Source: Octopus vulgaris | Lineage: Eukaryota | Assembly: GCA_951406725.2 (NCBI GenBank) | Contig: OX597826.1 | Location: 42,160,001 to 42,224,000 of the forward strand | DNA length: 64,000 nucleotides | Direction of reading: 5' to 3' | Shown: piece by piece, positions 41,261-55,794 of the stretch | Layout: every line of letters starts with the position of its first letter | Position numbering within the stretch: the stretch's first letter is position 1 | Notes under the pieces: model-generated | Told to the model about the DNA's origin: nothing | Database searches by the model: none | The model's input: the letters and a program-made list of their open reading frames with translations, nothing else | Position numbers and translations under genes: made by a program

Positions 41261-42406
41261 TAGAATGTTACAATCACATGATGAGTAATGTTGGGGAATA
41301 CACTTTTTCTACCATAGCTAATATCAGACAATGTTAAATTGGTACAATAATCATAATTTTACTCTTTTTAAAATTTCATGGTGCTTCTTCAAACTAAAAT
41401 GATATAATAAACTACCCCTGTTTTGCAGAAAAAAGTGTTTGTGACCAAGGCCGCCAACACTTTTTTCTGCAAATTAGGGATAGTTTATCCTGTTCATGTT
41501 ATATTATTAGCATTATCCTACGTTTGAGTATTAAAAAAAATTTCTTCTTTAACTTTCTAAGACATCTCAACGCTTCTAAAGCAAACTTTGTTTGTTTACA
41601 TTCATCGTAAAACAAATTTCTGATTTGTATATTTGAAATAAGTATATTTTCCAAGAAACATTATTATTTTTCGGCAAGCAATTAATTACAAATGTGACAT
41701 AGCTGATTATTATTCAGTGTAGCAAAGTTGTTTTCCCAACAGATATGTGTACTGATTAACATTTTAGCTAGTAGGTAAATGACATGGGATATAACTCCGA
41801 TATGATAGGAGTTGCTTCCCTTTGCAAAAGATGACATGGCTCAGTATTGTTCGACGAGTCGTCATCTTAGAAGATGGAAGAATGAGTGAAGAAGATAACG
41901 TGAGAGTGGGAGAGAGAAAGAGAGGGGGAGAGAAGGTGGTAGAAGAGGGAGAAAGACTGGTAAAATAAAATAGTTCTGCAAAAAAAAAAAAAATTAGAAT
42001 TGTTTCCACTTAAGTATAAGCTCGTATATGAACTGAGACATCACAATTTTGAACCATTTAAATTATTTCCCGTTCCTCTGTACTCAAGTCATGTCCCCTC
42101 TGATTTACGTGTACACACGTTAGAAACATTCTATCATACACAGAGATGATTTGATATAAACGTGTTTAATTCTACGTCACAACACAGCATGTAATAGAGA
42201 AAATAGGTTTATTTCCACGCAGGAAAGAATATAGGAGAGTTGGTTTACAGGGTTGAAAGTGCATCTTAGTCTTAAGTGAAATGTAGTTTTAAATATTTTT
42301 TTATATCTATATAATTGTAATTGTCGGGCAAGATCAATGAAATTAACTCAATAGACGAATCAATGTATATGAATGTATTTTTTTATATCTATATAATTGT
42401 AATATA

Positions 42407-42796
42407 GGCGCAGGAGTGTCTGTGTGGTAAGTAGCTTGTTTACCAACCACATGGTTCCGGGTTCAGTCCCACTGCGTGGCACCTTGGGCAAGTGTCTTCT
42501 ACTATAGCTTCGGGCCGACCAAAGCCTTGTGAGTGGATTGGTAGACGGAAACTGAAAGAAACCTGTCGTATATGTATATATGTGTGTGTGTCTGTGTTTG
42601 TCCCCCCAATATCGCTTGACAACCGATGCTGGTGTGTTTACATCCCCGTAACTTAGCGGTTCGGCAAAAGAGACCGATAGAATAAGTACTAGGCTTTCAA
42701 AGAATACTTCCTGGGGTCGATTTCCTCGACTAAAGGCGGTGCTCCAGCATGGCCGCAGTCAAATGACTGAAACAAGTATAAGAGAGTAAAAGAGTA
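42407..42796 (+). mobile_element. SINE family 1
   Basis: Full-length copy. Confidence 0.85.
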
Positions 42797-43713
42797 ACTA
42801 ACACATAAAATCATAACAGAACTTAGTTTTGAAGGTAATAATCAATAAACAAAACCAGAATGTTAATCTCACAATGTAGTTTTAAATATTTTTGTATATC
42901 TATATAATTGTAATTGTCGGGCAAGATCAATGAGATTAACTCAATAGACGAATCAATGTATATGTATGTATATCAATATGTATGCTCCATATGGTGGCGA
43001 GCTGGCAGAATCGTTAGCACACCGAGGAAAATGCTTAGAGGCATTTCGTTCGTCTTCATGTTCTGAGTTCAAATTCCGCCGAAGTCGGCTTTGCCATTTA
43101 TCCTTTTCGGGTCGATTATATGAGTATCAGTTCAACACTGGGATCGATGTAATTGACTTACCCCTCCCCCGAAACTGCTGGTCTTGTGCCAAAATTTGAA
43201 ATCAATATGTGTACTCTAAATTCATTTATTAAATAAGCAGTACTTTACATCAGCATTGTTATTTCAATACATTGTGCTATATCATCATACGTAGGAATTA
43301 ATATGTATTAGAAATTAAGGCGTTTTTATATGTAGATAATACAAATAACACATAAAATCATAACAGAACTTAGTTTTGAAGGTAAAAATCAATAAACAAA
43401 ACCAGAATGTTAATCTCACAAGAGAACTGGCTATGAATTTGAATCAAGATTATCTACTAAGATAAATTCAACTGGAAAATGTCGAATATGAGTGGCCAAT
43501 GTGCGTTGGAATGAGAGTCCCTAGGAATTTATGGATAAAGACAGAACATCCTAAACGTAATGAAGAAAAGGTAAAAGTTTGAATACCGCTTTACCAATCC
43601 TTCTTTTCACTTACACCATCGATTACACACACACACACACACACACATACACACACACACGTGCTGAACCATACGCTGTTAGATTAGCAAGTCAAACAAC
43701 ATACTAAAGCGAC

Positions 43714-44997
43714 ATGACTGTCGTGCTTTGTCCCGACCCTACCATCTCCAAACTAGAACGCATTCACTTCCGCTTCTTGTGGAGAGGATGCGTCCCGATG
43801 GTCAGGCGATCCATTTGCAGTCAACACCCGTTAAAAGGAGAACTGGGCATGCCGTGGTTGATGATGCGCTGAGACTGCGACATCTCCGGCTCTACTTACA
43901 CGACGGTGAACAGATGTGGTCGCCGTTTGTGAGGCAAGCTTTCCCGCAGCTCGTCTCCATGACCGAACTTCAGTCATGGATCAAAAAGAGGCCGAGGAAG
44001 AGCGAATGGCACCGCGAGTGTCGCGTTGCTTTCAAGCAACTATGCCGTCCCGGGTCGACCTTGAGCGACTTCAACACAACCAAAGCATTCTATAGGGGAT
44101 CAGTGGAGGGGAGGTACGACGACGATCTCGGGACGAACCTGTGCGTCGACGAGGAATACCTGACCCGCCTGTTCAAGACAACTTTCGGGCCGGGACCTAT
44201 AGACAACTTCCAGAGATCCCTGGCCTAGCAGTGCTACCGAGAAGCGCTGCCCGTTCGGGATAAGCTCTACAGACACGGCTCGAGAAACACGGGGTCGACC
44301 TGCCCGAGATGCGGTCAGAGTGACGAAACTGTTCTGCACGCATTCATGCAGTGTCCAACCATTTCCGACCTGTGGGCTTATGTCGAACGACTGCTGTCAC
44401 GTGTGGGACGAGTCTGCTTATCAGCTGAGTCTATCGTCAATATCGTCGGGAAGAGCTATTTTTGTCATACTTGTGGCTATGGCAAAAGGATGTATCTGAT
44501 GGACGCGTCTGGAAGGATTGGAGACAAACACTTTCTTCTCTGGTCAATCTCTCATCGACCTCTTCAAGTATCACTTGAAAAGGAAAGTGAGAGTAGAGAG
44601 GCAAGTTTTGTCTAGCGAATGTTTCAAAAAAAGATGGGTGAATGTAGCAAAGGTGGCGCGTATGAATGACGAAGCCACCTGGAGCATAATCCTATGAACC
44701 CGGAAAAATTTAAAACAGAGAGTTACTTGCAAATAAATGTGTTAACATGTGACATTATTGACCGAGGTTACCCTGGTCTTTTTCGTAGGCTTTTCTATCC
44801 ACGGATAAACCTTATCTGTTTCCCACTTTAAACTTTACATCATGACATTTCTGTGATACACGATCTCTTTTTACGATCCATTTTGATCGAAAACCTACCT
44901 CCTTTTTATTTTATTTTTTTTTCTCCCCAAAAAGAAAAGCTCTACTTTGTAATTTGTCCCCTCTGTGTTCAGCCCAGTGTGGCTAATAAAGAAACAT
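43714..44997 (+). mobile_element. Tx1-like LINE, 5'-truncated, with intact 3' UTR and terminus
   Basis: WSPFVRQAFPQL..., CPRCGQSDETVLHAFMQCP zinc knuckle, 3' end ...gtcccctctgtgttcagcccagtgtggctaataaagaaa. Confidence 0.85.
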
Positions 44998-46013
44998 AAT
45001 ATTCTGCTATTCTCATACGTGAAAATTAACATCATTGATAATCGATAATACTGCTGATGATAATGACGCCGACAGTGATTTCTAGGCTAGTAAGGCAACT
45101 CGAGATATCCTAATAGCCTTTATTTATACAACGGGAATAAAGTGTTAGACGATCGCTTCTCCTTCTTGAAAGACCTACTTTCAGAGGAGTTCGTCACAAG
45201 GTTAATATCTAGCTGTTGCTTCCTTTCGTCTCAGTAATGCGAAATGAAACGCCTTGCTAAAGAACACAACTCACCTCCACCCAAGGAGTTGAACTCGTTA
45301 CGTCATGTGCCAACCATATATTGAAAACATATATTCTCTAAAATTTGTAAAATCCATTAAATTTACATATTTCCATGTTCCAATTTAGTCCAGTAAAAAC
45401 TTTCTCTTTGCCGCCATTTTCAAGCAGGTTATAGACTTTTTAAAAAAAAGAAAAAAAACTTCAAGAATATTTACATTTAGTCATCAAAATATGAGGGAGA
45501 GGCCATTAAATTGATTCCATACATTTTGGAATACTTAATTCTCCTGTTATGTAAAAATATAACTATTCCAACCCCTGGAATTTCATTTTTTTTTTTAAAT
45601 CTTTACGCAGGTTATAAAATGCAGAATTTCCACAAAAATGTTCATTTTCACCCACTGTAATATAATGAAATATATAATTTGACTGGTTCAGCACATTTTG
45701 TTATACATAATTTTCAATTTTTCTCGTCTGTGAAAATTGATATTTTCTATGCTAGTTCAATAAGAAATTTCACTTTTTTCTCCTATTTAACAGACAAATT
45801 TTAATATGTTAAAAATGCCACAAAAACACATACTTCCATCCATCAAATTATGCAGAAATTGATAATTTAATTTCCCCTTCTAGAATACATGATTATCAAT
45901 TTTTCTGATATGTGAAAATTGATATTTTCTTTTAAGAATTTTATCATATTCGACAATTCTAAAGGTTATAAAATATATTTTACTTTGTCTTAAAATACAA
46001 GCTAACACATACA

Positions 46014-46119
<106 letters not shown>

Positions 46120-47495
46120 CACACATATTCGCAAATACACACAAATAAAAACAGTTGAAAGGTATTATTGAAGAGATTCTGCACATTTTACAATAAATTT
46201 CATATCTTCTCATAGGCTAAAATAGATATTTTCCACCCATACCCTCTGTTATGTTAGAAAATTAGCTTTCTAGACTAGACATTTTCAACAATGCTACAAT
46301 ATTCAATATTCCAACATCTACATTAATTTTCCTTTCATATGCTAAATTTAATGAAATAGAGGCCGTATTTCTAGGAAAGGACGTAGGAATTAGGCAAATA
46401 AGGTAGCCTTTTTAGCCTTATTAAATATTATGATTACCTCCCCTACTCACAGTCCCTGGCACGTCGTAAAAAATTTACACCTTACATTATTCAGAACCAA
46501 AACCAGAAACCGCCATCCATGCAATTTTTTTTCTTTTATGTAATAATTAGGTTTCAAATTTTGGCTTAAAGCTAGCAATTTCGGGGGGCAGGGAGTAGAT
46601 TACATCGACCCTAGTGCTCAACTGGTGCTTATTTAAGTGACCCTGAAATTATGAAGGGCAAAAATCGACCCCGGTGGTACATGAACTCAGAAAATGGTAA
46701 GTCGGAAGAAATGATGCTAAGCATTTTGTCAGGCGCGGTAACGGTTCTAGCAGCTTGCTGCCTTAGAAAGATTAAATATAAGCACCAGAAATTAGTTAAA
46801 AGAATTCTGTGGAAGTAAACCGAGGGTTCTTTCAATGAAAAGGAACCTGTTCTGGATCTATTTACCTTTTTCAGTGATCCCATTCTCATATTAAATGCAT
46901 TGCAATGGAAAAAATATATACGCCTGGCATAAAGAAGTCAAACTTTTGCTTTTGTATAAATCCTGTAAAAATGCATCTCAAGCCGTTGAGAATATCAGTG
47001 CTGCATGTTGGATGAGAATTTGCACAGCAGGAAGAGGAAGTAAATGACAATAAATTTCGAACTGGAAATATGTGACTGAATAACAAGCTAAGTACATGCC
47101 CTCCGTCAGTGGTCAATGATGAAACATTGAAATATGCCGTAGGGGCTAATCCTGGGACTATAGTTTGAGCTTTGCCAATAATTTGAAGGTTTCAAAATCG
47201 ACTGTAGGACGTTCTCTTACAACGATCGTTAAAGTGAAAAAGACAAAACAAATTTGTTCTACATGGATTCAGAGCTGGAGTTGTGAAGAAGTAATTTGTA
47301 CGTAGTCTGTTTTTGAGAGCTGTAGTATTGGACCTCTGTCTAATCATTAAACATTGATTTAATTATGAATATACAAAGAAATTATACATTAATCCCTATT
47401 TTTGTAAGCAGTTGTATCCGTAAAAATTTTATTTGCAGAGAGCAGAAATTGAAAGAAGATATATGAAATGGACGTGTGTGTGTCTGTGTGTGTAT

Positions 47496-47540
<45 letters not shown>

Positions 47541-47869
47541 CATGCTTGCGCGTGTGTATGTGTATACGATAGTTAATTTATGGACAACATTGTTAAATTT
47601 TTGTAATGCAAGCATGTGAAAGAAATTATGTTCAGACCTCTACATGCTAGCTAGACCTAGTAGAAATAGCAGCCAAATCTCCCTCAAAACACCCTAATGT
47701 CTTAATCCGACAATTCTGCCTATTATGTAGTTTTAATGAGAAACTGTAACTAAAGATTAAGATTATTAACCCTACAAAGAGGTGAAAGAAGAGAGACAGC
47801 ATTGCGAAAGTTTTAGCTGAATGTCATCCTGTACTCCCTTGTTTCTAGCGAAATGGTATATGCCGGCTG

Positions 47870-48357
47870 TTTGAGCAACTGACTGTTTTAATGGCGGAAC
47901 CAACAGGGGAATTCCATAAGAAAAAGTATGGGGGCTAGGAAAAAATACAAACCGCGTTCCAATCTATGCACCCGTCTCCATATATGTGCCATTTTTCACG
48001 CGAATCCACCCAGCCGTTTGGCTGTGAACCTCAAGACAAGAAAGATCACCTATGTCCAATTTATATTATACTAGCAGTTAAACTCGGTTTCACCCGGTCT
48101 GTTTGGATGATGTGGGTGTGATCATTTTCGGTTAGATATAATCTATAACAGCGTTTCTCAACCTTATCATTTCCGGCCCCCTGTTTCGATTGGAGCCTCC
48201 AGCTGTATGAAAATTTCTTCCCCACACCCCTGTCAGAAAACAGCTTCAGATCGATTTTCTCGGTAAGTATGGGGGCTAGGAAAAAAATACAAACTGCATT
48301 CCAATCTATGCACCCGTATCCACATGTATGCCGCCCATGTCCATTATTATAGATTAT
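47870..48357. mobile_element. Two tandem Helitron-like non-autonomous units
   Basis: Repeated aagtatgggggctaggaaaaaatacaaac..ttccaatctatgcacccgt; actagcag...cggtttcacccg junction at 48070; ends attattatagat. Confidence 0.5.
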
Positions 48358-49761
48358 ATATATTATATATATCCGTTTTCGCAAACACCAACGATTGCTT
48401 TTTTACTATTTTCATATATATTTCGTTGGCGACAAATTTCTCCCAAGCATTCAATTAGCTGTGACTACACGCTACTAACAACGCTCAACGAGGCAGAAAT
48501 ACATCTAGCATTCTCATTAGCTTTTGCTGGGACAACTTTTTTTACCCCTCGATATATGTTATGTTTTTAAACAGTACATTTCCATAAGAGATATCCCTTG
48601 ACGACGAATATGGCTGTAAATTTTCCTTTCGCGATATCTTCACACTACGTATGATACACAGATGACTGTATAGAGAGGGAGAAAGGGGGAGAGAGAGAAA
48701 GAGAGAGATAGACAACACAAAAGAATGGAGAATTATACATTTCTAATCAGCCTATGTGCGTTTCATATATAACTGCATTACATAATTCTGGGATTTATTA
48801 AACATGCAAATTAATTTATCTATATTTAATCGACTAGGATTCTACAGAGATCGATAAAATTACATCAACAAATCCTTCTCAAAGCTTCCTTGCGCTGCTT
48901 GGGATAGAGAACAGAAAACAATTTATGGGAGACAGTAGTAAACTTTATTTTTGGCCAAAGCAAGAAGTAGGTGTGTATATCAGCAGACTTAGGAATTATA
49001 AGTTTGAGGTAGTATTGAAACTCATACCGCTGTTAAACCGTTATTGACCGCAACAAATATACAAACGAGGCAAGTATACCTAAGGTGTTCATAAAAATAT
49101 GGAATGTCATTGATCAGCATTAATTTTAAATATTGGCTTTGAAGGGTAAACAGATTAGCTAGCAAGAACCCCAATGGAAATAATCAGTGAATTATTTTCT
49201 GAGGAATATATTTCATTTAGGGGAGATTTTTTATTCTTAGAGGAATATATATTTAAAGTTCAAAATTTCAGATAATAGCAATATACTGATAAAAAACCTA
49301 AATTTTAAAAAAAAATCTAATTTAAAATTAATTAGAAATAAATCAAAAATGAAAATAAAAATATTTATTATAAAATTAAGAATATAATAACTGATTAAAA
49401 GGAATTATATTGGATAAATTAAAAGCAAAAGAAAAATAATTAAATAATTAAAAACAAAATTTTAAAAATAATTAAATAATCAAATTGTGGAGTCTTAAGA
49501 TTTAAATAATAACAATGGCAGGAATAACGGCATCAACGCTACAATCCAGTAGGAATAAAAATTTGAAGAATAAGTAAAAGAAATTTCATTGAAAAGTATC
49601 TGATATATTATGGTGAACTAACCATTACTCCATTTATTAGGGAAGTGTGCGTATGTACATACATACACACACACATATACATACACAGATATTTATATAT
49701 CTATCTATATACACATATATATGCATATATGTGTGTATGTATGTGCAAGTGCGTTTGTGTG

Positions 49762-49821
<60 letters not shown>

Positions 49822-50425
49822 GAGGTTATTTGTGGGTTAACAAGGCTACTATTAGCTTCTTGCCGAGAGAAATCCGAGCAATTATCAAGCCTGCCACATG
49901 GGGTGTTGGTGCCTGTCACACACATATATAATCCAAATAAGAAGATTAAGAATGAATTCAGCTCGGCTATTGTTTCGGTACCGCTCCGCTTTTCACGCCC
50001 TTGCATATAAATGATTTCATGCGATATGTTATGTAATATCCGCGGTTGACTGCATTGGTGTGACATTTCATCAGAACAGCATCAGAAGGTGCGTTCTTAC
50101 ATTGAGCTATGATCAGTTACATTTATTCATTTACGTGTAATGGCGTTTAAAACGGACTGATACCGAAAAAAAAATGTAACTACTGATAAAAATGCGCTAA
50201 ATTCATTCTTCATCTCCTTATTTGGATCATACGTTGCTCTTTGTAAACACCACACAGTGGTCTTAACGTTGATGTACCTGCAATTTCTGCAGCAGTTTTC
50301 ATTTTCCTCTTGATTCCAATTAAAAAACCTAGAAATAACCGGGAGTTCCGACTGTCTACACGATCAGGACCGATAACATACAGACATATAATATATGTAT
50401 ATAAATATATAATACATATATATAT

Positions 50426-50456
<31 letters not shown>

Positions 50457-50705
50457 AATATGTATGTATGTGTGTGTGTATGGTTTCAGGTCTCTCTGTT
50501 CACTTTATAGATAACGATTTAATGATGGTTGGCAGATATCAGAACTGATCAGAAAAACACTTTGCAGAAATTATAAACAAAACCCATCGGCTCTTGCTTA
50601 GACTTAAAAATCCGAGTGCTTCTGACTGACCACTCTCTCTCATTCTCTCTCTCTCTCTCTGTCTCTCTTTCTCTGTCTCTCCCTCTCTCTTTCTCTCTCT
50701 CTCTT

Positions 50706-50750
<45 letters not shown>

Positions 50751-50940
50751 TTCTCTCTCTCTCTTTCTCTCTCTCTCTTTCTCTCTTTCTCACGCACGCA
50801 CACGCACGCACACATACACACAACGCAGATGATGAATATTAATATGAAGAACGTGTTGTTTAATTTTAACTTCCCATCTTCTCTATGCATCCCCCCTCTC
50901 TCTCTCTCTCTTTCGTTTTCTGATCTTCCTTACAATGTCC

Positions 50941-51044
50941 TTAGTTCTTGTGTTGTGTCTCCTCAAGTTGTCGTCGAACCTCATCGATTATGTTTATAAG
51001 CAACAAACTATCAGCGTGGGTGTGATCGGGACATTCGAGATGAC
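50941..51044 (-). CDS. DHDH: DHDH-like gene C exon 7
   Basis: [34 protein letters not shown]; aag acceptor, TAA stop. Confidence 0.9.
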
Positions 51045-52728
51045 CTTTTAGAAAAAGAAGAGAGACAAACGTCAAATGATAGCAAAAATAAAATATTTAC
51101 AAGCACTAAAAAGAACAAGAAAAGACAATAAAATATTTAATTGCGTAACATAGACAAACACAGGTAAATATGATGTCATACAACGTAAATTCTTGAGTTA
51201 TAAGAAAATTTCTCCGCCGCCTCTAAACGATGTATCACAATTACCAAATGGCAATGAGAACCAGTTCCACTTGAGAAGGGGAGATAATCATAATAATCAA
51301 GTATTCACCAAAGCTGAAATGCTGTTAAGGAAAAAGACAAGTGTATTGTTTTAAGAGATAAAAAGACTTTTTTTTTTTTACGCAATAGCAATCATTGGCA
51401 TGACCATTGTTCGACCTACTTACATCTACAGTAGCCAAAGGAATTAAACTTATACAAATAAAAGTAAAATACATTTATGGCCTGGGTGCTGTTTAATGTT
51501 GACAAAGAAGTTATCTTTCGACATATTAATTAGTTATCTGAAGAAACAGGAAGATAGAGGGCTGCACAGTGTTTCTTTTTTTTTTCATTCAGTCATGTGT
51601 ATAGGAGAAAACAGATAAAAAAAAATGTAGTCGTATGTTTAATTATAAATGTAAACATGTAGCTATAAAAGAACAATAATACAACTCTATATTACAAACC
51701 AACGAAATAGTGACCACCTTTACAATGCTACTGTTATTGCTTTCCCTTCCTTTGCGTCCAATAACATTATACTTGTTCCACGTCCTCGTGTTGTTGTGTT
51801 TTCATGTCTGGATTAACTATATATATAAAATGCGAGTGAAGATGTGTACGTTTTCATAGTGACGTATAAGTACGCACGTGTGAGCGTATGACTAGACTAT
51901 GAAATCTTAATCTTATTTTACATAAGTAGCAGAATTATAACACAGTAATCTCCCTTTATATAACGGTATTTTTTCATAGCGTTTTTTCAGATGGCCAGAT
52001 AACCGAAGAGATGGTGTTGTGGATTTCCGCTTCGGCATCTGAAACTCAGAGTTTTATCTTGACTATTGAGTAATTGTAACATATTATTTTATATATATAT
52101 ATATATACGCTGGACTGTGTGAACATGTGCATGTGAGAACGTATTATTGTATGTCTATCTTTATGCCGGTATTGATGAGTGTACAAGAGCCATAACGATA
52201 CGCGAAACAGACCCAGTGGAGCGTAGCACACCATGTGTGACTCGTAATCAAGTTGTATCGCATCACTGGCCATTAAACGGTATCAACTTTATTAACACTT
52301 TTACAATGCTACTGTTATTGCTACATGTTATGATGTGTGCGAGCGTATGTGTGTGCCTGTACGAGCATTTGTACGAGCGTATGTACGAGCGTATATATAT
52401 ATATATTGCTAAACCTCGCTAAGATAAATATTTCAATTAACCTGAAGATTGACTGTAACCATAACTCGAATTATTACGAATTGTACAGCCATGAAACGAT
52501 CGTAGTGTTTTACTCTTTATCTTTTATTAAACTTTTAATACTTTTGATATATATTTAAAATAATATAAATTAATTAATTTTATGTATTGGCTTATGTTTT
52601 TCATTGTTTGATTTGCCTAATAGTGGTTTTATCTCTAATTTAATATAATATAATATAATATATTTTACTATAAAATTTGATTTAATCCTAAATCTGATTT
52701 TTCCCTCTAAGTTTGAGTTTATTCCCTA

Positions 52729-52789
<61 letters not shown>

Positions 52790-54400
52790 TTATAAATGTC
52801 TATCTACATACCTACAAACATACATGCTTACATACATACATACATCCACAAAAATAGGGATTCAAAGAATCAAACAAAGCACCGTGTGCGTGACATTCCG
52901 ATAACTCATGGGCATGCTTTGACATGTACCTAAGTATCCGTACTATAACAAATACGATCTCATTTACAAGCTAAACCTCCACACTTTACTTTTTTTCTGT
53001 ATATTTTTTTTATGGAATGTTTTCACTTATTTAAAACCTGTGAGGATATTCAACCAAATCCTTGGGAAGCAAAACCTTATGATTATTTCATTATATAGTA
53101 CTTTATTTCTTTTCTTTTTAGTTTTTGATTTTACAGTATTTTCCCAGAAATTCTTTATATTTATCTAATTATCCTCGCTTTCTTAATACATTCCACATAC
53201 AGTCATTATAGTTTTTGTAAAGGGTTAAGTCTTCCAAACACATCTATTGCCTGCTACTATAAATTGAGAAAATTTGCTAATTTACAGATCTGATATTTGA
53301 GTTGCCATGCTACGTCGTGATGTGAATCAGTTTATTATGTTACAATACAATAATGTTCATAAGTATGCAAACGTACATACATACATACGCGCACACACGA
53401 ACACATAATACATACATACATGCATACATACACTCCGTCAGATATGACGACCAGGGTTCCAGTTGATCTGATTAACGGAACAACTAGCTCGTGAAATTAA
53501 TGAGGCTGAACACTCCACAGACACGCATATCCTTCACGTCGTTCTCAGGGAGATTCAGCGTGACACAGATGGTGACAAGATTGGCCCTTTGAAATACAGG
53601 TACTACGTATTTTTGACAACTGAGTGAAATGGAGCAACGTGAAATAAAATGTTTTGCGCAAAGACACAATGCGCCGCCGGAAATCGAAATCACGACCATA
53701 CGATAGTGAGCCAAATACCCTAACCATTAAGTCACGCGCCTTCACTATGCATGTGTGCGTGTTTCCAATGTAGTTGTGTCCGCAACCCGAGCAGGTTATT
53801 ACATAAATTAGGTTCTCTATCCTTGTTTGAAAAAGAAATCCGAGCCTTGAGAAAGAGAACCACTCTACATAAATAGCAAATCCTTTTCCCGTAATACAGT
53901 AAACATATAGAAAAATGTGCAGATAACATCAAACCAAATTTCACAGTCTTCCCCCTCTACTAGTGCAAAGACACAATCTCTCCACAAGAACGTTGAAAAA
54001 TACAGAACACGTCTTAATATGCACGCATAACCAACTTTTATCTTTTTACATATTTCAATTCACGAATGCATCACTGAACATAAATCCCCTGACTATACAA
54101 GTTTTTCGAAACCTTTTTGTCTGTACATATATATTCCCCTCCCATAACCGAAAACTGAACAGTTATCTCCCTTGCCCACAACTATAACAATAATGACGAT
54201 ATCCAATTACCTCCCCTTATTTTTCTACTTGTGAAGTCATTCACTCGTAAAGTCATTCACACAACATGGACAAAATTTCTTCTTAAGAAAATACTTATTC
54301 AAATAAGTAACACATAATATCATGAATAGCGATAGCGAAACCGGTCGATATATTAAAAATTATATTAAAACTATGTAAAGTGTATTTTCCTTTTTTACTT

Positions 54401-54463
<63 letters not shown>

Positions 54464-55000
54464 ACTTATAAACAAGAGCAAAAGAAAAAGTTTCTAATGC
54501 TATATATGCCGAAAATAGACTTAAATCGTCAATAACCATATAATTCAAGTGCAAGTAAGTATCTCATTTATTTCTTATCGTATTTATCGCTGACGACGAG
54601 AAAATTCTATCAATTAACTCAGAAATCGGGTCTGATTCGATAATAACGGAATTTTTTAGAAATTTCTGTCGGCTTGCTTCGCGATGCGTGCTTATAGTGA
54701 TGTATTATATAGTTATTGACGATTTAAGTCTATTTTCGGCATATTTGGCATTAGAATTTTTTTTCTTTTGTCATTGTTTATAAGTTGTTTATAAATTTAA
54801 CCTTTAAAGATACTTTATTTAATATGCTAGCCATTGATAAAATTTTCATAAATTGTTTTATATACAGCACACAGCTTGACATAAAAACAAACATTAATAC
54901 GTGTGTATTTATCCACCTGTATCAATACGTATATATATATATATAGATGTATATATATATATATATATATGTGTGTGTGCGTGTGTGTATGTATGTGTGT

Positions 55001-55048
<48 letters not shown>

Positions 55049-55710
55049 ATGTATGTATGTTTGTATGTATGTAAAGAAAAACACACACACACATGTATTT
55101 AATATACATATATGTATTTATGTGTATATATATAGAGAGAGAGAGTGGGAGAGGGAGATAGATAGATATACACTGGTATATGTGTTATGCATATTTACAT
55201 AAGTGTGTGCACGTATGCATGCATATATACATGTAAATATTTATATCTATATAACTATATATAGTACAACGAGGGCAGTCAGGCGAAAACTTCGATGTCA
55301 CTTTCAACCTTCTGCTATAAAGTTAAATACACATGTAATGTAGTCAAAATGTAATTTTTCACTTTAATGATAAATTGTTTTATATACAGTACACAGCTTG
55401 ACATAAAAAACAAACATTAATACGTGTGTATTTATCCACCTGTATCAATACGTATATATTTATAGCTATATGTTTTTTGTGTTTTTTGTTTTCACGATTC
55501 TTGTGAAACTATTGAAACAGATATCGATGTATTTTGGCGAAGGATTCTGTCATGATTTTAGTTCCTTGCTTTTTACTAAGTAATACATTAATTTGTCATT
55601 GTCACCCACATCGATTCTGTAGCTTTTTTAATCTATTCACTGAGAATGTTTGTCTCCTGCTATATATTATTGATATTGGTGGTGGTGATTGTCGTGTTGA
55701 CTCTATGTAC

Positions 55711-55794
<84 letters not shown>

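Noticed and set aside
50010-50080. Minus-strand CTGATGA...GAAA
   Set aside because: No convincing stem III or stem I; likely chance.
51985-52055. Hairpin followed by GAAACTCAGAGT (similar ggctgg..ccagccGAAA at ~62390-62440)
   Set aside because: Stem plus GAAA present but no CTGAnGA core; possibly PLE-derived, but not callable.
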